Below are positions 1 through 9,512 of a stretch of DNA of 64,000 nucleotides, in pieces. This DNA comes from Myxococcales bacterium (GTDB lineage Bacteria; Myxococcota_A; UBA9042). The translations under genes and the position numbers were made by a program. The notes under the pieces are model-generated. The model made no database searches. It had not been told where the DNA came from and saw only the letters and a list, made by a program, of their open reading frames with translations. The DNA is taken from assembly GCA_947499075.1 (NCBI GenBank), contig CANMNA010000002.1:1287-65286 (forward strand), written 5' to 3'. Each line of letters begins with the position of its first letter. Positions within the stretch are counted from its first letter, which is position 1.

Positions 1-1770
1 GCCGCCGAGACGCCGAGCAAGAAGCAAAACCCTGGGCGCCAGCAGCAAGCCCAAGGCGAAGGCAACAGCGAGGCTGATGAATTCAAGCAGGAGCTCGAAG
101 AACTGAACAAGCAGATCGCCGACAAGGGCCTGCCGGACGAAGCCAAAGACAAGATGGAGCGCGAGTTCAAGAAGCTCAAGATGATGAACCCGATGTCGGC
201 CGAAGCGGGCGTGGTGCGGACCTACATCGAGTGGGTGCTGTCGCTGCCGTGGAGCACGACCAGTCAAGACAAGCTCGACGTGACCGAGGCCCGCAGCGTG
301 CTCGATGCCGATCACTATGGTCTGGAAAAGCCCAAGGAGCGCATTGTCGAGTACTTGGCGGTTCAGCAGCTGCGCGGCGAGATCGGCAAGGGTCCCGTGC
401 TGTGCCTGGTCGGGCCGCCGGGTGTGGGCAAGACCAGCTTGGCCAAGAGCGTGGCCAAGGCGCTGGGCCGCAAGTTCGTGCGCATCTCACTGGGCGGCGT
501 GCGCGACGAAGCGGAGATCCGTGGCCACCGCCGGACCTACGTGGGCGCGCTCCCGGGCAAGATCATCGCGGCGCTCAAGCGAGCCGGAACTTCTAACCCT
601 GTGTTGTTGCTCGACGAAATCGACAAAATGAGCCAAGACTTCCGCGGCGATCCGGCAAGCGCCTTGCTCGAAGTGCTCGATCCTGAGCAGCACCACGCCT
701 TTGTCGACCACTACATCGATCTGGACTACGACCTGAGCAAAGTGCTGTTCATCACCACGGCCAACAACTTGCCCAACATCCCGTGGCCGCTGCAAGACCG
801 GCTGGAGATTTTGGAACTGGGCGGCTACACCGAGCACGACAAGCTGCAGATCGCCAAGCAATACCTGATTGTGCGCCAGTTGGAGGAAACCGGTCTGGGC
901 AAGGCGGCTGAGGTCAAGTTCAACGACGAAGCGGTGCAGACCGTGATCCGCAGCTACACCCGCGAAGCTGGCGTGCGCAACTTAGAGCGCCAACTCGGCG
1001 CGGTGCTGCGCAAGCTGGGCACCCAGCACCTGCTGGCCAAAGAGGGCAAGCAGAAGAGCGGCTACAAGGTCACTGCCAAGCAGGTCATCGAGCTGCTGGG
1101 GCCGGAGAAGTTTCGCAAGAACGATGCCGAGGGCCAGGACCGCGTGGGCGTGACCAATGGCCTGGCGGTCACGGCGACGGGCGGCGACTTGCTGCTGGTC
1201 GAAGTGGCGCTGGTGCCGGGCAAAGGCAAGATGACGGTGACCGGCAAGCTCGGCGACGTCATGAAAGAGTCGGTCGAAGCGGCGATGACGTATGTGCGGT
1301 CGCGCGCCCACTTGCTGGGTCTGGGCCGCGATTTTTCGAGCAAGATCGATGTGCACGTGCACTTTCCCGAAGGGGCGATCCCCAAGGATGGCCCGTCGGC
1401 GGGCATCGCAATTGCGACGGCGCTGTGCTCGGCCGTTACCCAAATTCCGGCGCGGCACGATGTGGCGATGACAGGCGAGATCACTTTGCGCGGCCGGGTG
1501 TTGCCGATTGGCGGCCTCAAGGAGAAGATCATCGCGGCCCATCGCTCGGGCATCAAGCGGGTGATCATTCCGCGCGACAACGAGCGCGATCTGCCGGAGA
1601 TCCCCAAGGACGTGCTCAAGGACATCGAGATCGTGGCCGTCGATCACGCCGATCAGGTGCTGCAAGCGGCGCTGCGGCTGGACGACCCCAAGGCGTTTCT
1701 GGCCAACCCGACGGCGCTGTCGCGCGACGATCTGGGCCTGCACGACACGCCGGTGGCGACCACGCACTAG
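1..1770 (+). CDS. lon: ATP-dependent protease Lon, 5'-truncated at the window edge
   Basis: The frame is open from nt 1. It carries the Walker A motif GPPGVGKTS and a protease domain with catalytic [10 protein letters not shown]. The C-terminal half of Lon is recognisable. Confidence 0.9.
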   Translation, partial: AAETPSKKQNPGRQQQAQGEGNSEADEFKQELEELNKQIADKGLPDEAKDKMEREFKKLKMMNPMSAEAGVVRTYIEWVLSLPWSTTSQDKLDVTEARSVLDADHYGLEKPKERIVEYLAVQQLRGEIGKGPVLCLVGPPGVGKTSLAKSVAKALGRKFVRISLGGVRDEAEIRGHRRTYVGALPGKIIAALKRAGTSNPVLLLDEIDKMSQDFRGDPASALLEVLDPEQHHAFVDHYIDLDYDLSKVLFITTANNLPNIPWPLQDRLEILELGGYTEHDKLQIAKQYLIVRQLEETGLGKAAEVKFNDEAVQTVIRSYTREAGVRNLERQLGAVLRKLGTQHLLAKEGKQKSGYKVTAKQVIELLGPEKFRKNDAEGQDRVGVTNGLAVTATGGDLLLVEVALVPGKGKMTVTGKLGDVMKESVEAAMTYVRSRAHLLGLGRDFSSKIDVHVHFPEGAIPKDGPSAGIAIATALCSAVTQIPARHDVAMTGEITLRGRVLPIGGLKEKIIAAHRSGIKRVIIPRDNERDLPEIPKDVLKDIEIVAVDHADQVLQAALRLDDPKAFLANPTALSRDDLGLHDTPVATTH

Positions 1771-1873
1771 CCGTCTGGTGGGCATTTGGCCCCTTGAAAT
1801 TCCACGCCTCGCGGCTTAGTCTGCCGCCCGTTTTGCGCGACGCAGCTGGTCTGCGCGGGCCAAGGATTTCAAG

Positions 1874-3544
1874 ATGTTAGAGACAATCACCAAAGGCTTC
1901 CGCTCGGCTCGCCACCGCCTGCAGGGCTACCGCGAGCTAGACGAAGACACGCTCGAAGAAGTGCTGGGTGACATCCGCACCTCGCTGCTGGAAGCCGACG
2001 TCGAATTGGGCGTGGTCAAGCGGTTCCTGGCCGAGGTCAAGACCAAGGCATTGGGCGAAGTCGTCCAAGTCCGAGCCAAAGACATCGCCGGCAAGTCGCT
2101 CCAAGTCTCGCCGCAAGACCACTTCGTCAAGATTTGCCACGACGAGTTGATGGCGCTGATGGACCCGGGCGAGCCGGGGCTGCAGTTCAAGCCCAAGGGC
2201 ATCACCACGCTGATGATGGTCGGCCTGCAGGGCTCGGGCAAGACGACTAGCGCAGGTAAGCTCGCCAATCTGTACAAGAATGACGGCAAGAAGGTGATGC
2301 TGGTCGCGGCTGACATCTACCGGCCGGCGGCCATCGATCAGCTGCAGGTGCTGGGTCAGCGCTTGGGCGTGCCCGTGTTCTCGGTGCCGGGGCTGCAGCC
2401 GCCCGATCTGTGCGAAAAAGGCCTGGCCGAAGCCAAGAAACAGGGATGCGACGTGGTGATCTTCGACACCGCGGGCCGGCTGTCGATCGACGAGCAGTTG
2501 ATGAACGAGCTGGCGGAGATTCGCCGCCGTTCGCCGCCTGATCACGTGCTGCTGGTCATCGACGCCATGATCGGCCAAGACGCGGTCACCACTGCCAAGC
2601 ACTTCAACGAAAAAGTCGGCATCGACGGCGTGGTCCTGACCAAGCTCGATGGCGACGCCCGCGGTGGCGCGGCGTTGTCGGTCAAGATGGTCACCGGCGC
2701 GCCGGTCAAGTTCGTCGGCATGGGCGAAGGGCTCGACAAGCTCGAGCCGTTCCGGGCCGAAGGCATGGCCAGCCGGATTTTGGGCATGGGCGACGTGGTC
2801 AGCCTGATGACCGACTTCGCCAAGCATGTCGACGAGAAGAAGGCCGAGCAAGACGCCAAGCGCATGCTCAGCGGCAAGTTCACGCTGACGGACTTCCTCG
2901 ACCAGATTCGCATGCTCAAGAAAATGGGCAGCCTGCGCGATGTCATGGAGAAGCTGCCGTTCTTCTCCGATGCCCTGGCCGATGGCATGAAGTTCGACGA
3001 CAAGGCGCTGGTGGTGGTCGAGTCGATCATCCAGTCGATGACGCCCGGCGAGCGCAAGAAGCCGCAGATCCTCAATGCGCGGCGGGTGCAGCGCATCGCC
3101 CGCGGATCAGGGCGCAAGCCGCAAGATGTGCTGGACTTGATGCAGCGGTTTGACGTGATGCGCCAGATGATGGCGCGGATCGGCCAAGCGCCTGGGCTGC
3201 TGTCGCGGCTGCCGGGGTTCGGACAGATGGGCCAACTGGCCAAGATGAAGGGCATGGGCGTCGATGGCTTTTTCGACGAGGTCGAGAAGCTCGCGCCAGG
3301 TGGGCAGCGCTCAGGTCAGGGCGGTCAGCTGCCGATGGCCAATTTTGGCGGGATGCCTGGCATGGGTGGCTTTGGCGGCGGCATGGCGGGCATGCCTGGC
3401 ATGGACGCGATGGGCGGCTTGGCCATGCCGGGATGGGGCACTACGGGACCCAAGCTGCCGCCGCGACACGACATCGACCGCGACAAGCGCAAGCAGAAGA
3501 ACAAGCAGGCGGCGACTGCTCGCAAGAAGAATCGAAAAAAATAA
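1874..3544 (+). CDS. ffh: Signal recognition particle protein Ffh with a Gly/Met-rich and polybasic C-terminal extension
   Basis: An NG domain with GLQGSGKTT, DTAGR and TKLDGD motifs is followed by a Met-rich M domain. AAGGA lies upstream of the ATG. Confidence 0.9.
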   Translation: MLETITKGFRSARHRLQGYRELDEDTLEEVLGDIRTSLLEADVELGVVKRFLAEVKTKALGEVVQVRAKDIAGKSLQVSPQDHFVKICHDELMALMDPGEPGLQFKPKGITTLMMVGLQGSGKTTSAGKLANLYKNDGKKVMLVAADIYRPAAIDQLQVLGQRLGVPVFSVPGLQPPDLCEKGLAEAKKQGCDVVIFDTAGRLSIDEQLMNELAEIRRRSPPDHVLLVIDAMIGQDAVTTAKHFNEKVGIDGVVLTKLDGDARGGAALSVKMVTGAPVKFVGMGEGLDKLEPFRAEGMASRILGMGDVVSLMTDFAKHVDEKKAEQDAKRMLSGKFTLTDFLDQIRMLKKMGSLRDVMEKLPFFSDALADGMKFDDKALVVVESIIQSMTPGERKKPQILNARRVQRIARGSGRKPQDVLDLMQRFDVMRQMMARIGQAPGLLSRLPGFGQMGQLAKMKGMGVDGFFDEVEKLAPGGQRSGQGGQLPMANFGGMPGMGGFGGGMAGMPGMDAMGGLAMPGWGTTGPKLPPRHDIDRDKRKQKNKQAATARKKNRKK

Positions 3545-3550
3545 GCGCGG

Positions 3551-4393
3551 TTACTTGCTGTTGCGCAGCTTGATGACCATATTGGACGCCTGCTGCATCA
3601 GCGGGTCCTTGTGGTCGAGCACGCCGTGGGCTTGGGCCAGAAACGTGCGCAGTGCCTGAATCGCCGCGTCTTTGTCGCCCAGTTGCAACAGCGCCCCCGC
3701 CAGCGAGAAGCTCACTTGGGGCCGGGCGCGCGGCATTTGCTGAGCCGCCTCAAGCTCGATGCGCGCCTTGTCAGGCCGACCCAGATCGAGCATCACCAGA
3801 CCCAGCGCCTCGCGCAGCTCAACAGCTTCTGGATTGAATTTGAGACCTTGCTGCAGCACGAGCCGGGCCGAGTCATAGGCACCCACTTCGACGTACAGTT
3901 GTGACAGCATCTGAAAGGCCGGCACAAAGCCAGCGTCGCCAGCGACCGCCGCGCGCAGGGCCTTGTCGGCGATCGTCCGGTCTTTGGCGTCCAGGGCGAT
4001 GCGTGCAGCCAGAAAATGGCCTTGCGGATGCCCGATGTCGACCTTGAACAGCCCCTGCAGGGCCTCCAGCGCCGCCTTGGGCTGGTGCAGCTCGTACTGG
4101 GCCTTGGCCAGCGTCAGGTGCGCTTCAGGCCGACTAGGGTCGGCGGCAATGCTGGTCTGGAGGTTGTCTGAGGCTTCTTGAAACTGTCCGCCGCGCAACG
4201 CGATAATCCCCAAGTAGTAACGCACATCGGCATCGGCGGGCTTGAGCTTGAGCGCGTCGCGCAGGATCGCGTCGGCCCGCACGTAGTCTTCGCCGTCCAG
4301 GGCCTCGATCCCTTGGTTGCTCAGCTCGACAAAGCGCTTGTCGGCCTCGTTGCATCCGGACAGCAGCAATACCAGCACCAACGTCAGCAGCAT
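3551..4393 (-). CDS. TPR-repeat lipoprotein
   Basis: An internal ATG at 4393 precedes MLLTLVLVLLLSGC, a lipobox signal peptide. Repeated TPR-like A/L/Y-rich helices follow. The longer ORF starting at 4660 lacks signal features. Confidence 0.6.
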   Translation of the reverse strand: MLLTLVLVLLLSGCNEADKRFVELSNQGIEALDGEDYVRADAILRDALKLKPADADVRYYLGIIALRGGQFQEASDNLQTSIAADPSRPEAHLTLAKAQYELHQPKAALEALQGLFKVDIGHPQGHFLAARIALDAKDRTIADKALRAAVAGDAGFVPAFQMLSQLYVEVGAYDSARLVLQQGLKFNPEAVELREALGLVMLDLGRPDKARIELEAAQQMPRARPQVSFSLAGALLQLGDKDAAIQALRTFLAQAHGVLDHKDPLMQQASNMVIKLRNSK

Positions 4394-4428
4394 GGTGCGG
4401 GCGCGTGGCTGTACCAACGGAGGAGCGC

Positions 4429-6297
4429 TCAACTCGACTTGAACTGGAAGGTCTTGTTGACCTTGGTGTTGCCGCCGCCCTTGGCTTGGGGGAAGCGCCA
4501 CGACTTGATGTTGTCGACGATGCAGTTTTCGACCTGCACGTTGTCGATTGACGAACTCTCGATCTTGACGCCGACCACTTTGCCATCGGCGCCGATCATG
4601 AACGCGACCTTGATCGCGCCCGACAGATCGGGGTTCTTCTGGAGTTCTTTTTGGTAACACGCCTTGACAGCGCCGGCTTTGTCCGCCATGACTTTCTTGA
4701 TGATGTCGGGTGACAGTTCGCCATCAGCGGTGGGCGCGCCGCCCTTGATCGAGATGACCTTCTGGTCGCGCTTGCCCAAGTCGGCACCGATGGCGGGGTT
4801 CTTGCCGTCGCCGCCGACCGCGACTTTCTTGTCCAAACCGCCGGCCTGCGCTCTCGCGTCGTCCGCACTGCCGACGTCGGGTCCCGCGCGCCCGTTGCCC
4901 GGCGTGTCCGGACCGTCGCCAACGTTGGCGATGACAGCCGGGCCACCAGCAACGGCCGCAGCACTGTCATCGACTTCGCCAAACATCTTGGTGGTCGGCA
5001 AGTTGTTGAGCGCCTCATCAACCTTGGCGGTGGCCTTGTCGGCCTCGTTTTTGACGATCGCCTCGATCTTGGCCTGCTGTTCAGCGGTCGGCGCTTCCTT
5101 GATGACCTTGACCAGTTCGTCCTGTTTCTTGACGATGTCGTTGCGCTGAATCGGCACTTCGTTCTTGGGCGCCTCGGCCTTTTCCTCTTTCTTGTCCTCG
5201 GCCTTTTCTTCCTTTTTCTCCTCGATTTTTTCGACTTCGATGATCTCCGCCGTGCGCTCGTCCATCTCTTCCATGTAGGTCTTGGCGCGCCGATCGCGCG
5301 GATCAGTCAACTGAAAGCTGGCGATCACCGGCCCCAGGATAAAGGCCGCGGCGAGCAGCGCACACACCAAGAGCACCGAGTTTTCCCGGTCCCACAGAGC
5401 GGGCGGGGCCATCGGCGGGACTGCGCCGCGCGAGACCACAAACGTAAAGGTCCCAAACTCTAGGAACGCTTGGGTCTTGTTGCCCAGTGGCACCTTGTCT
5501 TTGTTCAGCGGAGTCTTGCCAGCTTTGATATCGGCGATGGCATAGACTTCGCTGCCCATGATCAACTGCCCGCTGATGGCGGCGTTGGCCAGCACCAAGG
5601 CAAATCCATCTTTGGCGTCCGGCACGACCAGGGTGTCTATGTCTCTGTTGCCCATGACATCTTCGGGCATGACGAAGGTGCCGTTTTTGCCGATCGTGAC
5701 CACAGCGGGCCGGGCGAAAAACCGCGCCTTGTGCAGTTCGCCTGACCAGCGCATCACAATGTCCAAGCCCAACGGGCCTTTGGATACTTCCGCTGGCTTG
5801 GCCGGCGGCGCGACAGCCATCGTCCGCACGTCCAAGGTCTTGTCAGCCAAGCTGTTGGTTGGCGGCGCGGCAGGTGCCCGCAGCGGCGCGGGCGCGGCAC
5901 CACCAGAAGGCGGGCGCGGCGCGTGGCCGGCGGATGGCGGTGGCGCCGGCACGGCCTTGACGAGCGTAGGCGGTACCTTGGGCTGGCTTGGAGGGTCATC
6001 GGCCAGACCCAGCGCAGCGACGTCGATCATGGCAGTGGGCGCATCGTCGCTGGATTTCGGCTCGCTCGGCCGGTGCAAACCGGCTGCAGGCGGGTCGACG
6101 CGCGACACCAGCGTGCCTTCGGGATCGCGGGGGGTCAGCGACGTGGCGTCACCACTGGTGTTCAAGCGACTGGAAGGCCCTAGCCGTAGCGTCGGTCCTT
6201 CGACAACGGTGACTTGGTCCCGGTCGGACTCAGAAGATGGCATCCGCTCGGTATTGTCGGCCGGGCCCTTGCCCGATCGGCTCTTTTTCGAGGACAT
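4429..6297 (-). CDS. Bitopic membrane protein with a C-terminal TonB-C-like domain and a degenerate FHA-like region. It resembles GltG/NfsG (or GltJ).
   Basis: The N-terminal part is cytoplasmic with a VTIGKNGTFV...NGT-like segment. One TM helix (VLLVCALLAAAFILGPVIASF) is followed by a Lys/Glu-rich coiled region and a C-terminal domain resembling TonB-C (AVKACYQKEL...VKIESSS...WRFPQ). The start lies 3 nt from the stop of the upstream small gene. Confidence 0.5.
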   Translation of the reverse strand: MSSKKSRSGKGPADNTERMPSSESDRDQVTVVEGPTLRLGPSSRLNTSGDATSLTPRDPEGTLVSRVDPPAAGLHRPSEPKSSDDAPTAMIDVAALGLADDPPSQPKVPPTLVKAVPAPPPSAGHAPRPPSGGAAPAPLRAPAAPPTNSLADKTLDVRTMAVAPPAKPAEVSKGPLGLDIVMRWSGELHKARFFARPAVVTIGKNGTFVMPEDVMGNRDIDTLVVPDAKDGFALVLANAAISGQLIMGSEVYAIADIKAGKTPLNKDKVPLGNKTQAFLEFGTFTFVVSRGAVPPMAPPALWDRENSVLLVCALLAAAFILGPVIASFQLTDPRDRRAKTYMEEMDERTAEIIEVEKIEEKKEEKAEDKKEEKAEAPKNEVPIQRNDIVKKQDELVKVIKEAPTAEQQAKIEAIVKNEADKATAKVDEALNNLPTTKMFGEVDDSAAAVAGGPAVIANVGDGPDTPGNGRAGPDVGSADDARAQAGGLDKKVAVGGDGKNPAIGADLGKRDQKVISIKGGAPTADGELSPDIIKKVMADKAGAVKACYQKELQKNPDLSGAIKVAFMIGADGKVVGVKIESSSIDNVQVENCIVDNIKSWRFPQAKGGGNTKVNKTFQFKSS

Positions 6298-6300
6298 GGA

Positions 6301-6615
6301 TCACAGATCCTCGGCCGAGCGGATCAACTCGGCGAAGAAGTTGGTGCGGATGCGGATCAGGCTGGCGCGCTTGTTCTTGTTGATGCCTTCGACATTGGCG
6401 GTGTCCGGTCGCAAATACGAGGTCTCGATGACGTCGTCCTCAAAGCTGTACTCTTTGGACTTCTTCTTGGCCCCAGCGCCGGCGGCTGCGGGCTTGTCTT
6501 TGCCCTGAGCCAGCGCCTCGGTCGGCAGCGCGGTCGCCGCAAACGCCAACACGGTGACCGTCGCCGTCAAGAATAATCCTGACTTCTTACAAAGTTGGGA
6601 CAGCAAAGCAGGCAT
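6301..6615 (-). CDS. Small secreted protein (104 aa), paralogous to the 18205..18462 product
   Basis: The ATG at 6615 is preceded by GGAGG. The signal peptide is MPALLSQLCKKSGLFLTATVTVLAFAATALPTEALA. The mature region KSKEYSFEDDVIE...RASLIRIRTNFFAELI aligns with KSKFYDFSDQLIDGE...RAKFDKLLRLKKSF of the other small protein. Confidence 0.5.
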   Translation of the reverse strand: MPALLSQLCKKSGLFLTATVTVLAFAATALPTEALAQGKDKPAAAGAGAKKKSKEYSFEDDVIETSYLRPDTANVEGINKNKRASLIRIRTNFFAELIRSAEDL

Positions 6616-6746
6616 AAACACCTCCGGGACCCAAAAGCCCGATGAAGTATAAGGCCAAGCGGCCGCGGGCCGCAATCTGAAGCCGTGGACGCGCCACAAC
6701 GCGCTTCGATCTAGGCCAAAACAGCCAGACGCGCTCGGGAGAGAAA

Positions 6747-8234
6747 TCACGTCACCCCGCCGATTCGGCTCGGATCGCCTCCCACAGCCCGCGCTAGCGC
6801 CGCCAAGACAGCCTGTTGCTCCGTGTCACTGGTGGCGTGGGCCCCCAGCGTGCGCACATCGAGCAACCACTGGTCGCCCTTGGCGCGACCGAGCACCGGT
6901 GGCAGCGCTGCCATGCCCATCCGCGCCAGGTCGGCACCGTCGCGATCGGGCAACTGCAGCGCCAGCGCCCGCGAAGGCAGGACATAGAGCGGATGGGTCC
7001 CGCCGCCGACCGCACAAGTCGAAGCGACGACCGTCACGGTGCCGCCGACCGGCAGCGCGGGCCCCAGCAGTGCCGCCCAATGCGCAGCCAATTGCGCAAT
7101 CTGAGCCGGGGTGATCGTCATCTGGCGCAAGGCGGGCAGGACAGCCGGGGCCTGCCCAAGTGCGTGCACGCGCAAAACCGCGGCCAAGCCAGCTAGCACA
7201 AGGCCACCGGGCCGCAGCGCCCGCAGCAGCGGATCGCGGTGCATGGGCGCCAGCAGGTCGCGCCGGCCGACCAGCAGCCCGGCTTGGGGTCCGCCGACCA
7301 GCTTGTCCCCAGAAAACGTCACGACGTCGGCACCTTGCGCCAGCGTTTGGGCCACGGTTGGCTCGATCGCTGCCCGCGATCCGTCCGGCAGCTCGGCTGG
7401 GGCAACCGGCAGCGGCACAAACGCGCCCGAGCCCAAGTCCACCACCAGCGCGGCACCGTGGTCGTGGGCCAGTTGGGCGAGATCGGACAGGGCGGGCTGA
7501 CCGGCAAACCCGATGATCGCAAAGTTACTGCGGTGCACGACCAGCACCGCGGCGGCGGGCCGACCCTGGGCCTGCAGGTCCTGCAGCGCCGCCGCATAGT
7601 CGTGCAGGTGCGTGCGGTTGGTCGCGCCCACTTCGACCAGCGTGCACCCTGCTTCGGCCATGACCTCGTGGACGCGAAAGCCGCCACCGATCTCGACCAG
7701 CTCGCCGCGCGACACCACCACGGGCCGGCCGCGCGCCACTGACCGCAGCGCCAAGAGCGCCGCGGCCGCGCCGTTATTGACGACCAGGGCGTCCTGCGCG
7801 CCCGTCAGCCAGCGCAGCAGCGGCGCACAATGATTTTGGCGCGAGCCGCGCTGGCCAGTGGCGATGTCCAGTTCCAGCGTGTTGTAGCCACTGGTCGCCG
7901 CTACCAGCTCTTGCTGCGCCGCTTGCGGCAGGGGCGCCCGACCGGCGTTGGTGTGCAGCAGCACGCCGGAGCCATTGAGCAGCGGCTGCAGCGTCGGGCC
8001 AGCCAGCACCACGACGCGGCTGCGCAGCGCAGTCGCTACCGCCACTTGCACGGCTACGACCGTGTCGACAGACCCTGCCGCAACCGCCGCGCGGACCTCG
8101 GCCACGACTTCTCGGCACACCGCCACCCGCAGGGCCTCTGGCGCAGCCACGCCGTGCCACGCCGCATCGCTGCACAGCGCCGCGATGGCGGGCAAGTGGC
8201 GAAGCAGGGCAGATGGGGCGGAAGGTGTCGGCAT
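6747..8234 (-). CDS. selA: L-seryl-tRNA(Sec) selenium transferase (selenocysteine synthase)
   Basis: An N-terminal LPAI motif matches the SelA N-terminus. A PLP fold carries the FSGDKLVGGPQAG lysine motif. Length is 495 aa. Confidence 0.8.
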   Translation of the reverse strand: MPTPSAPSALLRHLPAIAALCSDAAWHGVAAPEALRVAVCREVVAEVRAAVAAGSVDTVVAVQVAVATALRSRVVVLAGPTLQPLLNGSGVLLHTNAGRAPLPQAAQQELVAATSGYNTLELDIATGQRGSRQNHCAPLLRWLTGAQDALVVNNGAAAALLALRSVARGRPVVVSRGELVEIGGGFRVHEVMAEAGCTLVEVGATNRTHLHDYAAALQDLQAQGRPAAAVLVVHRSNFAIIGFAGQPALSDLAQLAHDHGAALVVDLGSGAFVPLPVAPAELPDGSRAAIEPTVAQTLAQGADVVTFSGDKLVGGPQAGLLVGRRDLLAPMHRDPLLRALRPGGLVLAGLAAVLRVHALGQAPAVLPALRQMTITPAQIAQLAAHWAALLGPALPVGGTVTVVASTCAVGGGTHPLYVLPSRALALQLPDRDGADLARMGMAALPPVLGRAKGDQWLLDVRTLGAHATSDTEQQAVLAALARAVGGDPSRIGGVT

Positions 8235-8276
8235 GGCGCGCGGCGATTGTGGAGCCCAAACCGGGTCGGCGCAAAT

Positions 8277-9329
8277 TCAGTCGGCGCGCAGACCGGCGAC
8301 CACGTCGATGACGGGGACGCCAGCGCCACCGCATACGTTGACCGCGGCGCGCACCTGCGCCAAAAAGGCTGCGGCATCAATGGCAGCGCCGGGCTGACGC
8401 CACGGGTTGCTGACCACGGCGCGAACAGGCACGGCGTGGCTGGCGACCACGGTGATGCCTTGCCGATCGGCCGCAGCCCAGCCGGCTTGCGACAACAGAA
8501 TTCGGCTGCTGTCGCGGACGAGCACGCTTTTGCTGCGACATCGTGCCAAAACAGTGTCAGTCAGCGCCCCACTGACGACGTAGGTGGCGGCTGATTCGGG
8601 CTGATCGCCCGCAAGGCCAACCAGCAGCGCACGCAAAGTCGGCACAGCCAAGGCCACTGCGTCTTGATCGCTGGGGGCAGCAATGGCCCCGACCGCGACG
8701 ACGATGGCCTGAGCCACCTGCGGATGCGCCGCCATCTGGCGGTGATAGGCGCCATCGACAAGCACCAGCGGCACCTGGGCAGCCAGCGCGGCAATGGCGG
8801 CAAGCAGGTCCTGGCGGTGCCCGATGCCGCACAGTTGGACGTGCAGCGGGGCCCGCGCCCGCGCCAGCACCGTGGGGCCCAGCGCAGTCGCGATCGGCAG
8901 GGTCGCCACGATTTGCAGCGCCCGGCCCGCTGCCGTGGCGAACGGCAGCGCCGTCACCATCCATCCGTCTTTTTCGAGCCTGACCTGCGGCTTGGATGCG
9001 TCGGACCAGGCGTCGCGCGCCTCGCCGTCCAGACCGACTGACACCAGGCCTACGGCCATCGCTTCGACCGAGGCCGCAGCACACAGCGCCAGCAGCGCCG
9101 TGGTCTTGCCGGCATTCTTGCCGGCGCCAATGACAGCCACCCGGCGCACGCCCGCGACCAGCACCGCTTGGCCCAGCAGGCGGCTGCCGGCAGCACTTGG
9201 ATGCTTGGGCAGATCGACTTCAGCGGGCAGATCGAGTTTAGCGGGCAGATCGAGTTTAGCGGGCAGAGCGACTTCAGCGGGCAGAGCGACTTCAGCGGGC
9301 AGAGCGACTTCAGCGGGCAGATCAACCAT
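8277..9329 (-). CDS. P-loop NTPase of unknown function (GAGKNAGKTT motif; CbiA/DRTGG-like N-terminus?). The start is uncertain.
   Basis: The Walker A motif is VIGAGKNAGKTTALLAL. The ATG ORF would encode an N-terminal (LPAEVA)n repeat from the 18-bp tandem array. Alternative GTG starts at 9164, 9149 or 9140 would leave the array intergenic. Confidence 0.4.
   Translation of the reverse strand: MVDLPAEVALPAEVALPAEVALPAKLDLPAKLDLPAEVDLPKHPSAAGSRLLGQAVLVAGVRRVAVIGAGKNAGKTTALLALCAAASVEAMAVGLVSVGLDGEARDAWSDASKPQVRLEKDGWMVTALPFATAAGRALQIVATLPIATALGPTVLARARAPLHVQLCGIGHRQDLLAAIAALAAQVPLVLVDGAYHRQMAAHPQVAQAIVVAVGAIAAPSDQDAVALAVPTLRALLVGLAGDQPESAATYVVSGALTDTVLARCRSKSVLVRDSSRILLSQAGWAAADRQGITVVASHAVPVRAVVSNPWRQPGAAIDAAAFLAQVRAAVNVCGGAGVPVIDVVAGLRAD
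9207..9327. repeat. Tandem repeat of 18 bp x ~6.7 (gggcagatcgacttcagc and variants)
   Basis: Direct reading shows two unit variants (atcgagttt / agcgacttc) arranged in blocks. Confidence 0.9.
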
Positions 9330-9416
9330 CGCCGCCAGACGCTACCACAAACACAGCATTGCGCTATGCTGCGGGCATGCCGGCTGCCCGGCGCGCCGAC
9401 CATGCCCAGCCCATCG

Positions 9417-9500
9417 CCCGCTATCACAGTGCCCGCTATCACAGTGCCCGCCGTCGCAGTGCCCGCCGTCGCAGTGCCCGCCGTCGCAGTGCCCGTGTCG
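9417..9500. repeat. Tandem repeat of 15 bp x ~5.6 (cccgctatcacagtg x2, cccgccgtcgcagtg x3)
   Basis: Direct reading. It lies 90 bp from the 18-bp array, between the divergent P-loop and ABC genes. Confidence 0.9.
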
Positions 9501-9512
9501 TCTGGTCGCCAG

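Noticed and set aside
176-1785. Several long ORFs antisense to or frame-shifted within lon (for example 982..1785 minus, 267 aa)
   Set aside because: Arg/Ala/Pro-rich translations are typical of alternative frames in ~70% GC DNA. They lack motifs and lie fully inside a clearly coding lon gene.
9050-9442. 130-aa minus-strand ORF encoding (CPLKSL)n
   Set aside because: It is a third-frame reading of the 18-bp tandem array and overlaps both candidate genes.
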